Position numbers and translations under genes: made by a program
The notes under the pieces: model-generated
Told to the model about the DNA's origin: nothing
The model's database searches: none
Seen by the model: only the letters and a program-made list of their open reading frames with translations
Part shown: positions 53,275 to 64,000 of the stretch, one piece after another
Layout: each line of letters begins with the position of its first letter
Numbering within the stretch: the first letter of the stretch is position 1
Assembly (NCBI RefSeq): GCF_006345805.1
Contig: NC_043003.1
Coordinates: forward strand, 40,238,001 to 40,302,000
Source: Octopus sinensis
Taxonomy: Eukaryota
DNA: 64,000 nucleotides
Direction: 5' to 3'

Positions 53275-53399
53275 TACATACACACACACATATATATATA
53301 AAGGTGGCTATTCGCAATTTAGAACCGAAATGCAACAAGTATAGCCGTCACTAAAGTGACGGAAGGGTGTCAGCAAGCACTTTAGCGACGACTACATAT

Positions 53400-53472
<73 letters not shown>

Positions 53473-53649
53473 AGGCGAGTATATTCTTCGTAATTGTATG
53501 GTATGTATGTATCAATGTGTGTGTGTGAGTGTGTGCGCGTGCGTGTTTTACTTTTAATTATTTGAAGTCTTCCTGTTAGGAAAGAGCAAATTTCTAACAA
53601 AGATGCAAAGCGCCATCGCTAGGAAATAGACAAAAACCAAATTTACATT

Positions 53650-54472
53650 TTAAGCGGAATTTGAACTCAAAACGTAGCGGCAGACGAAATGCCTATTTCT
53701 TTATTACCCACAAGGGGCTAAACACAGAGGGGACGAACAAGGACAGACATAGGTATTAAGTCGATTACATCGACCCCAGTGCGTAACTGGTACTTAATTT
53801 ATCGACCCCGAAAGGATAAAAGGCAAAGTCGACCTCGGCGGAATTTGAACGGCAGACGAAATACCGTTAAGCATTTCGACCGGTGTGCTAACGTTTCTGC
53901 CAGCTCGCCGTCTGGAACGCTGCAGGAAAGATTATTCTTTTCTACTCAAGGCACAAGGCCCGAAATTTTGGGGGAGAAGGCCAGTCGATTAGATCGACCG
54001 CAATACGCAACTGGTACATAATTTATCGACTCCGAAAGGATGAAAGGCAAAGTCAGCCTCGGCAGAATTTGAACTCAGAACGTAAAGACTGACGTGCTAA
54101 CGTTTCTGCCAGCTCCTCGCCTTATTGAAGGACACATTGCGTTTTGTAGTCCAAGAACCTCTGAATTGGTTCAAACGCCGAGTTCGACTTTGCCTTTCAT
54201 CCTTTCGAGGTCGATTAAATAGGTACCAGTTTTGCACTGGGGTCCATATAATCGACTTAATCCGTTTGTCTGTCCTTGTTTGTCCTCACTGTGTTTAGCC
54301 CCTTGTGGGTAGTAAAGAAATAGGTATTTCGTCAGTCTTTATGTTGTAAGTTCAAATTTTGCCGAGGTCGACTTTTCCTTTAAATTAAGTACCAGTTGCG
54401 TACTGAGATCGATCTAATCGACTGACCCCTCCCCCAAAACCTCGGTCCTTGTGCCTAGAGTAGAAAAGAATA
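53650..54472. mobile_element. Cluster of Nin-domain SINEs: tandem minus copies followed by tandem plus copies (inverted arrangement)
   Basis: 53695-53850 is largely the reverse complement of 54170-54330, and 53935-54080 of 54345-54472. Confidence 0.88.
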
Positions 54473-55044
54473 TGTATCCCTTCATTTTTTTTAAAGATAT
54501 TCAGCAATGATTTGAAGGAATTTGCTGTCTTGTAGGTCAAATGTCTGCATAGAGAGGTTTCCACGCTGTTTTACGTACTTGAGTTACTGATTGTGTATCT
54601 ATCTGCAATAATTGTACTAAGCAAAACAGCTTGAATTTAAACATATATTGTCATTTGACATATCTGTATGTTCTTTGTATATTTCTGTATATTTCTGCTG
54701 TGCACTCTATGTATCTATCGTTATACGTTTGTATGTTTACGTTGCGTGTTACTATATATATGTATATTTGTATTAAGTAGGACATCTGCATATTTTCATC
54801 TGTTGTGTATGTATATTGTTGCATAAATGTATGAGTATAGTTGTGCGTAGTGTGGTATGTATACGTGCGTGTTTATAGTATATTTGATACGGTAAATTAG
54901 TTCACTGGGGACAGGTATTGCTTAATTAACGATGTTGTTTATCACGCACAAATTAATGAGAATTGATTATCGGATGTTAAATACAGTTTCATTCGCTATC
55001 ATATGACCATAGACTATATATAAACACATACATATATCAACACA

Positions 55045-55122
<78 letters not shown>

Positions 55123-55149
55123 ATCTATCTATCTAATATCTGCTTGAAT

Positions 55150-55538
55150 ATATATATACGCCAGCTAAACTTGTTGTACTGTTATTAGTCGTAAGACACC
55201 TGCTGTTTTCGTCCTGTTTTTACCATTATTGCTTTTTGTATTTCATTTTTGTTTTTTGTATTTCATTATTGTTTTTTGTATTTCATATTCGTGTGGCATC
55301 GTCCGTTTTTCTGTCCCCATTTCGTATACATTCGATCCTTCTTCCAAGAAATTTAATGCTCGTAGCTTAGTTTTTCCTGGGGGCTGGCCGGATCGGAGCG
55401 ATCTCAAGATTAATCAGCCGAAATTGCTACGATGATCCGGTTCTTGACTGAAGATTGAGGGCTTCGAATGTCCCGTCCGTGTTTTTTGTATCGTCTTCTA
55501 AGTGTTTTGCGTTCTTGTCCCAGTTTGTATTTTTCTAC

Positions 55539-55540
<2 letters not shown>
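55150..55540 (+). mobile_element. Penelope pLTR-like unit with degenerate hammerhead-like elements
   Basis: GGCTG..CAGCC-GAAATTGC followed by CTGAAGA..GAATGTCCC, similar to 33715-33770 (minus). Confidence 0.4.
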
Positions 55541-55609
<69 letters not shown>

Positions 55610-55710
55610 CGTCAAACTAATACAGCTGTTTGTTGTTTATACACCTGTCTCCGTCTTTTGTTTTTCTGTAAATTTCAACTATATGTGTGAGTGTGTGTGT
55701 TGTGTGTTTG

Positions 55711-55766
<56 letters not shown>

Positions 55767-56547
55767 TGTGTGTCACTCGGGTTCGTCACAGATTTCGTCA
55801 TTCGAACTCCTCATCACAGATTTCGCATAAGACATACACCTGCTGAAGAATTTCACGTTTTTCCGTAATATTTCTAGCACTATGTCTTTCTCGATTTCTA
55901 AGTTAACGGTTAAAAAATCCAACCCTGCAAAACACAATTGATCATTCATTACACACAGCCGCACAGAATGACAGAATGACAGCAATTAAAATAACGACAG
56001 CGGAATGCACAACAAACATCAGCGATCTGACCGTTACCTGATCTCTTGACAAGAGATGCCAGTTAGTCTTTTATTCCTACCAGGCTCGTTCATATTGGCA
56101 CAAATTGCTGGATAATTTTTTGTTCCTTTAAGATTATTGTAGAACGGAAACTTTTCATAGACTGGAAGTTTAAATCCTAACCTCAATAGAAATTTATTGT
56201 TTCTTGAAAAAAATTGAATTTGAATTACTTTTAATTTTTATGATTACTGGATAACAATTCGGGCTGTAACTTCTGAGCCCGAGTCAGGCGCATATGAACG
56301 ATGTCGGGAGAACGCCTGCTACGAATGATATATTTTTTTACATAGGGCATCTCTAAGACGATCGCCAAACGCTGAACGAAAGTAAACTGCGACCAGGCTC
56401 AATAAAAGAAGCCCGAGTTATTGGCTACAAATACACACTTGTATAGTCAGTGTTGGCAGAAATTAAATCGGTTCGCAAATATACGTTCACTTTACTAAAT
56501 TTATACTCGGGCTAAGCCTGACAGCTCGCGTTGCGGAGTCGTCACTG

Positions 56548-56597
<50 letters not shown>

Positions 56598-56616
56598 TGC
56601 GTGTGTTTGTGTGTGC

Positions 56617-56652
<36 letters not shown>

Positions 56653-56659
56653 CTGCATA

Positions 56660-58245
56660 TGAACACAACCCTGACAGAAGTAAATAGACACACTTATAAT
56701 CGTTAAAATTTATTTAGATCTGAAATAATACATTTAAATTATATATTAATTGTTATAATGTGAATATTTAATGTTTAGTAGACATGGCTCAGTGGTTAGA
56801 GCGTCGAGCTTACGATCGTGAGGTTGTGAGCTCGAATCCCGGACCGGGCTGCGTGTTGTGTTCTTGAGCAAGGCACTTTATTTCACGTTGCTCCAGTTCA
56901 CTCAGCTGTAGAAATGAGTTGCGACGTCACTGGTGCCAAGCTGTATCGACCTTTGTCTTTCCCTTGGATAACGCTGATGGCGTGGAAAGGGGAGGCTGGT
57001 ATGCATTGGCGACTGCTGGTCTTCCATAAGCAACCTCGCCCGGACTTGTGTCTAGGAGGGTAACTTTCTAGGTGCAATCCCATGGTCTGTGTCGTGACCG
57101 AAGGGGGTCTCCGAGTAGACATGACTCTTGCATTTTTTTAATGCAAGGACTCTATTAGACATGTTACTAATCAGATGACAAATATTCTCTTGCAGTATTT
57201 CTTGCCAAGTTTCATGCAATAATCTCAAAAGATCTGACTTTGAAGATGCTTTCTTGTTTTTTATGAAGTTTCCTGTCGATTATGTCCCGGAAGTGTTCAA
57301 TAGGGTTCATATTTGATGACTGGCTTGGCCATGGAAGCTTTTTAATTCCATTCTCATACTTTGGGTCATTTTAACCGTGTGACAAGGAGCACCGTGTTCC
57401 ATAAAAAAAGAGTCTTCTTTCAGCACTTCACCACAGGAAAAGATTGGAAGGAATCCTTTCTGCAATATGGACATTTTTTTAAGGTTTATGCTTCTCTCAT
57501 ACTCCACCAGCTCTGATTGACCATTGCTACAAATTGCTTCCCAGACCATCACAAAATAGCTGCCATATTTCACTGTTAGCTGCAATATTTTCACCTCAAA
57601 TTCTTGATCTCAGAGTTTCCAAACCCACACTCGACCACTGTAAGAAAATGTAGCAAATCTAAACTCATTGGAGAATATGACAGTGTCTCAAAATGCTAGT
57701 GACCTCTCGACCATCTCGCTGGCCCAATCTTTTCTCTACTTGATATTGGCTGGTCAAAGGCGTTGCTTCCTTCTTGCAGTACTGCCATGGTAACCAAGTT
57801 TGTGGAGATGCCTGACAGTTGTTCTGGGACTGACATCAACTTGTTCTGTTATGTCAGTGGCCTTGCAACGAGGATTATCCTCCACACTTCTCTTAACAAA
57901 GGGAAGGGTCCTGTTAGAGAGTCCTGGTCAGCCTGGGCGAGGTGATGTGGACTTCTTCCCCTCTCTGGTGAATTGCACAATCACTCTATTAACTGTAGAA
58001 AGTGGGACCCCAAAGTTTTCTGCGATTGTACGCTATGTCCACCTTCAGATTGAGCTACAAGATGGTCTCTTTGAAACTCAAGCAGTTCCAAGGTTTCTTC
58101 TGTACATGGCATGATTAAACAGTCACATATAGAATCTGAAACATAAAAAATGTCAATTAATAAAAAAATATAAACATTATAAATTAGAATAAATATAAAC
58201 GATGTTTTATGGGGTGTCTATTTACTTCTGTCATGTGTGCGTTCG
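56660..58245 (-). mobile_element. Full-length decayed Tc1-like transposon with a nested SINE
   Basis: TIR core TGACAGAAGTAAATAGACAC (56672-56691 / 58214-58233) with TA flanks; VMVWEAI..FMEHGAPCHT..WPSQSSNMNPIEH. Confidence 0.85.
56787..57113 (+). mobile_element. tRNA-derived SINE with conserved central domain and TSD
   Basis: GCTCAGTGGTTAGAGCG..CTCGAATCCC..TGTTCTTGAGCAAGGCACTT; TSD AGTAGACATG at 56777-56786 and 57114-57123. Confidence 0.9.
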
Positions 58246-58293
58246 TATACACTTATACACACACATATTTACACACACACATACATACATACA

Positions 58294-58326
<33 letters not shown>

Positions 58327-58512
58327 TTATATATATTTCCTAGCAGATATTCATACATACATGCGCACACCCACATAATACACGTACACACATGCATACA
58401 TATATACATCCATCCATCCATCCATCCATCCATACATACATACATACATACATACATACATACATACATCCGTACATACATACATACATACATACATACA
58501 TACATACATACA

Positions 58513-58545
<33 letters not shown>

Positions 58546-59298
58546 CCATGCATACATACTTATAAACAGCACATTTGCCATTAAATACGCAAATGAAAAT
58601 TAACATATTGACGGAACATTCTGAATAAAACATTTATCCATAATGGTTAGCAGCGCTGCAGATAGGAGGGAATATCTCTACCAAATTCAGCGAGGATGGG
58701 AATGTTTAAGAACAGTTGCTCCGAAATCTGCAGCTTCTTCATAATTAATATAGATTCACATTTATAATTATAATTATTCGTGCTCTTAGTTACGTTAGCA
58801 AAAGTGACAATGTGGAAAAGTAGGATTTTCAAACAAAGAACTATGTTTTTTAACCATGTTAGAATATGTGTTTGTAGGAATTCCTGGTTAGCAGTTGCGA
58901 TTGAAACATTCTTTACAGCAAATTGTCGTGACCGAAATTTGAATTCCCACTTACAAAACTTGACTTACTGTTTAATTTAATTAAAATCACTTGGTGTGTC
59001 AATTTCTCACTGACGCGTGAGCAACATTATCAGCAGTAGATCAACATTAACGAAGTCTTATGTTAAACAGGAGGAGATAGTAACAGAGAGAGAGGGAGAG
59101 AGAGACATAGAGAGAGAGAGGAAGGAAGAGAAACAAAGAATGATAGACAGAAAGAGAGAGATAGAATGAGAAAGAAAAGAATGGTAAAGATTCGAACTAG
59201 CAAAGCTTTCAATTCGTAGCAGGACGAAGAGTTAAGACAAAAAATTCAGCACTGTGGTGGTAGCGGAGAAAAGGCGAAAGAAAAGCTACATACGACGA

Positions 59299-59337
<39 letters not shown>

Positions 59338-59467
59338 TGTGCGTGCACAGATATGAGTCGGACTTTGATATGCAAATATATATGTGTTTTCATCAACGCA
59401 TATGCGCACGTATACACATACAGACTCCCTTCCTCTCACCTGCACATATACACGCACATATACATAT

Positions 59468-59702
59468 ATATTTCTTTACTACCCACAAGGGGCTAAACAC
59501 AGAGAGGACAAACAAGGACAGACAAATGGATTAAGTCGATTACATCGACCCCAGTGCGCAACTGGTACTTAATTTATCGACCCCGAAAGGATGAAAGGCA
59601 AAGTCGACATCGGCGGAATTTGAACTCAGAACATAACGGCAGACGAAATACGGCCACGCATTTCGCCCGGCGTGCTAACGTTTCTGCCAGCTCGCCGCCT
59701 TA
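59468..59702 (-). mobile_element. Full-length Nin-domain SINE
   Basis: Head AAGGCGGCGAGCTGGCAGAAACGTTAGCACG plus Nin core. Confidence 0.9.
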
Positions 59703-60104
59703 CGCACATATACATATATTGACATGTACATATGCATAAATAAACCGAGGTGCGGATACTGAAGATTACCAAATCAATATGGAATCACTGATCATTGCGC
59801 TGGATCGAGCATTACGATTCCAATAATGGCAACTTTATCCTAAAAACATAATGGATTTTCTCTTTCTTAGTGGTAGTCGTACATAGTACATCATACTTAC
59901 TCCCTCCTCTCTCTTTTCTATCTCACTCCACTTATACATACATACATACATACATACATACATACATACATACATAAATACATACACACACACGCACACA
60001 TGCATGCATACATACATACATACATACATACATACATACATACATACATACATACATAGACTACAGATTTAAACCATCACTTGAACTGTACAAATTTGTA
60101 AGAC

Positions 60105-60268
60105 ATCTGAGTTCAAATTCCGCCGAGGTCGACTTTGCCTTTCATCCTTTCGAGGTCGATAAATTAAGTACCAGTTACGCACTGTGGTTGATGTAAGCGA
60201 CTTAATTCCTTTGTCTTTCTTTGTTTTCCCCTCTATGTTTAGCCCCTTGTGGGCAATAAAGAAATAAG
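60105..60268 (+). mobile_element. 5'-truncated Nin-domain SINE
   Basis: CTGAGTTCAAATTCCGCCGAGGTCGACTTTGCCTTTCATCC. Confidence 0.88.
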
Positions 60269-60295
60269 AAGTTTATCATTTAAGTATATATGCGC

Positions 60296-60845
60296 ATGTC
60301 TAGACATGCAATTATATGCATGAGATACTTACGTAAAACAAAACATATAAATCTGCATAAGCACTGACTCCAAGTATTGCACTATACATACATGCACAAT
60401 TACCCTGTTGTTGAAATTCCAATGAAGGAGCCTTGGATTTAGGTTAGAAACCGGTTCCTTCACTATTAGCAAGAAATCTTGAAATATAACAGAATGACGA
60501 CCATACATACATACATACATACATACATACATCAGTTCATCCATACATCAGTTCATCATTGAAGTAGATATGTACATGTCTAGACATGCAACTATATGCA
60601 TGAAAGTACACACATAAAACAAAACATGCAAATCTGCACATGTACGGATTCCAAATACTGCACATAAACACACATACATGCAAAGATGCAAATATGCACA
60701 TGCGCTGATTGCGTATATACATACAAATCTCCACATGCACTGACTGCATATATACATACATGCGTGTAATAGTATCCTGTTGGTGTTGTTGAAATTTCAA
60801 TGACTGAACTTGGGATCTTCATTAAAAACCGGATCCTTCACTACT
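60296..60845. repeat. Diverged local tandem duplication
   Basis: CATGTCTAGACATGCAA.TATATGCATGA..GTTGTTGAAATT.CAATGA..AAACCGG.TCCTTCACTA occurs at 60296-60465 and 60575-60845. Confidence 0.8.
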
Positions 60846-60874
60846 GCATACATACATGCATACATACATAAATA

Positions 60875-61105
60875 TAAGGCGGCGAGCTGGCAGAAGCGTT
60901 AGCGCGCCGGACGAAATGCTTAGCGGTATTTCGTCTGTCGTTACGTTCTGAGTTCAAATTCCGCCGAGGTGGACTTTGCCTTTCATCCTTTCGGGGTCGA
61001 TAAATAAAGTACCAGTTTCACACTGGGGTCGATGTAATGACTTAATCCGTTTGTCTGTCCTTGTTTGTCCCCTCTGTGTTTAGCCCCTTGTGGGTAGTAA
61101 AGAAA
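60875..61105 (+). mobile_element. Full-length Nin-domain SINE
   Basis: TAAGGCGGCGAGCTGGCAGAAGCGTTAGC..GCCTTTCATCCTTTCGGGGTCGATAAAT. Confidence 0.9.
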
Positions 61106-61203
61106 TATACATAAATACATACATGCACACATCCATCCATCTATCCATCCATCCGTCCGTCCATCCATCCATCCATCCATCCATCCATCCATCCATACAT
61201 ACA

Positions 61204-61234
<31 letters not shown>

Positions 61235-61671
61235 CCCACCATATATATTAGTTGTATAACATGACAGACCAAGGGTATTTCTTAGTCCGTTTTTTTTAAC
61301 CAGTATTCATTCTGCGTTTCAGTGTCGATTATGTACAGTATCAGTCAAGTACTAGGGTCAATAGCATCGACTAAACCCCATCCTTCTAAAATTACTGACT
61401 TTCTACCTAAATTAGAAGCCATTATTTATTTGTCAACAGGAATTTGACGAATTCGAAAGTGTCCCCCCCCTCTCCGGATTAATAACCGTAACATAGATTC
61501 TAAGCCTTATAATTTACGGTCTAAGGGAAATAATTCTAATTCTCTTTTTGCTTCGTTTTGATTTCCTTTTCCTCTTCCTGTTTTTCAATCTTTCACCTTT
61601 TGTATATAATTCCTTCTTGCCTTTTCTCGTTTTTTTTTCTCGTCCCATCTTCAGTTCGTTATGCCATGTGG

Positions 61672-61715
61672 GCACTGTCTGATGATTATGCTTGGACACC
61701 AAACGCGTCAAAAAA
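61672..61715 (+). ncRNA. Decayed Penelope-type hammerhead
   Basis: CTGATGA-TTATG(CTTGGA)CAC-CAAACGCGTC; the typical GAAACGCGTC has G>C and the stems have eroded. Confidence 0.4.
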
Positions 61716-61758
61716 CACTATTTGACATGTTCTCAGCACATGAAACTGATAGTAGCAC

Positions 61759-61878
<120 letters not shown>

Positions 61879-62206
61879 AACACAAATATATGTATATGTA
61901 TTCCCCAAGGTAGAGACTGATTGTGATTTTGAGGTTTCTGTTTAGTTGACTTCGAAGTTACTGTCAACCTTTTCCATGTAAAAACAAAATAAATGTATTC
62001 TTAAAGAAAGTGAACCTTCAGCTAATATTTTTTTTACGTACATACATAACTATATATAAAAAGAAATATTAATATGTATATGTATATATGTATACATATA
62101 TGTATGAATGAATGTATGTTTGCATATGTATATATATATATATACATACAAACATATATCATGCATACATATATGTATACATATATACATATACATATTA
62201 ATATTT

Positions 62207-62267
<61 letters not shown>

Positions 62268-63128
62268 TATATGCATATATAAGAACAGTTCTACTTCTTT
62301 CTTCTTGGTGCATATCCTGTGGTTACAATTAACTGTAATCAACTAGTAGAAATTGTGCTGTTTGTAATGAACGGTACATGTTCTTAAGTATACTTTTTCT
62401 GTGTGCATTGCTGCCACTTATGTAAGGGTGAATGTGTTTGTGTGTGTGTGTGTGTGTGTACACGCGCACGTGTGTATGTGTGTTCGCGTGCGCATTGTCT
62501 GTTTGTATGTTATGTGTACTATGTAGTATATATTTGTTATACATTTGGTATTGCTCGCCTTGCATGTGTGTCCTGTATATGTATGTATTATGCGAAGCCA
62601 TTACACTATTTTGTTTGCCTGCTTGCCTGTATGTATGTATGTATGTATATATGGATGTGTACGTACGCTTGCATGTATGTTTGTTTACATTTGTCGTAGT
62701 AAATCAGTCAACTATAGACAAGAATGTCCCTTAATTAACAATGTTGTTTTATAACATACACTATGGTGTATATCGATTATCACATAAAAGATACGACTGC
62801 ATTCACTATCAACCTCTAAGCCTTTTGTTCTTTGCTATCTTTTTTACTGCTCACTGTAAGTTCTTAATCTCTCCATGTTCAAGCTAACGATTGAACCATT
62901 AAATTTATCTGCTAACAATTAAAAAGCTCGCTAACCATCAAAACTAACCAACCACAAAACGACTAATTACTGATTTGTTTTCTAAGAGTCTAAAACATGA
63001 GTAGAATTGTTAATAAGAATATAATTTCAGACTGATATCGTCATTTTTAATGTATATGTGTAATGTATTTATATATCGATATTGTGTTCCTGTATCCGAT
63101 CGAAATCAGATTTGATATTCTTGGATAG

Positions 63129-63563
63129 GGACATGGTCCTAGACGACCGGATATGAACTGGAAACCAGTTCACGTAACAATGATTTAATGGGATAAAGTC
63201 ATTGCTATCCTCAGTATATAAATATAAATCTTCATAGTTTGAATCCACTGTGGCACTTTATATAATTATACAGAAAAAGACACCTGATAACATTCGGAGA
63301 TCGAAATAAATGAAACGATGAAAATATAGACACTAAAAATAAGGCTCTTCAGCAAATACTTCTAATATGAAAATTTTCATTTCTCGTTTGTAGTTCATCC
63401 CACAGTATGAAGACGTAGCGTTAACAAGTAAGTAAATCTGTTTGTCTTCAAATGTCCATTTTACATACACATGCGTGCAGTTTCGGTGCTTTCACTGCGT
63501 TCAAGTTGATTCCGGCTTTTCTTTTCAGCTGGAGCATGTGTTGGAGATAAACGGTCAGAATAG
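63129..63563 (+). CDS. Candidate three-micro-exon coding fragment (63129-63173, 63394-63427, 63529-63563)
   Basis: AG/GT boundaries in compatible phases give GHGPRRPDMNWKPVH-FIPQYEDVALT-TGACVGDKRSE*. Exon 2 has a strong acceptor and a GTAAGT donor, and exon 3 a TTTTCTTTTCAG acceptor; the exon 1 sites are weak. Confidence 0.25.
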
Positions 63564-63699
63564 GTTTTCCGATGGGTAGAAATGTTAATTTTTTAGTGGA
63601 GATTATTAAACTATTTATTTAGTAATTTAATTTCATGTTATAAATTATTAAGGATGTTTGAGTTGTGTTTATATGTATATGTGTGTGCGCGCGCGTGTG

Positions 63700-63868
63700 T
63701 ATGACGGGCTTCCATACAGTTTCCGTCTATCACATTTACTCACAAGGTTTTTTGGTCGCCCTGGGGCTATAGTAGAAGACACTTACCCAGGGTATCATGC
63801 TGTAGGACTGAAACTGGAACCATGTGGTTAGGAAGCAAATTCCTTAACACGCAACCACGCCTGCACCT
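63700..63868 (-). mobile_element. tRNA-derived SINE, 5' half
   Basis: TATAGTAGAAGACACTT.CCCA..GGAACCATGTGGTT..CCTGCACCT, as in 7120-7548. Confidence 0.8.
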
Positions 63869-64000
63869 TTATATATGCCTGTAAGTGTGTAAGTGTGTGT
63901 AGAGAAGTGTGTGTGTGTGTGTGTGTGTGTGTATCTGTATAAGTATGCATAACTCTGACCAAATTGGCCCATGTATATAAATGGAGACACGTGTGCGCAA

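Overview
Eukaryotic, very AT-rich and repeat-saturated DNA. The SINE families and extreme microsatellite load suggest an octopus (coleoid cephalopod) intergenic or intronic region; this is an inference. No intact host gene is visible, and almost all ORFs in the supplied track are microsatellite artefacts. The window holds decayed LINEs of several clades (Tx1/L1-like x3, R4/Dong-like RLE, RTE-BovB, RTEX/Proto2-like, CR1), a Penelope-like GIY-YIG element, full-length mariner and Tc1 relics with TIRs, four end-shuffled non-autonomous Helitrons (one with a Pif1 helicase fragment), many tRNA-derived SINEs and two tRNA pseudogenes. The most notable hidden signal is a set of type I hammerhead ribozyme motifs in Penelope-derived or non-coding units next to (TA)n tracts: one near-canonical at 28352-28437, one at the Penelope 3' end, one with a CUGUAGA core variant and several decayed ones. 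Other points of interest are Tx1-like 5' ends abutting truncated tRNA-SINE heads, a tRNA-Phe body with a Cys anticodon, a perfect 29-bp hairpin, inverted SINE pairs (possible ADAR substrates) and a few weak candidate exons.
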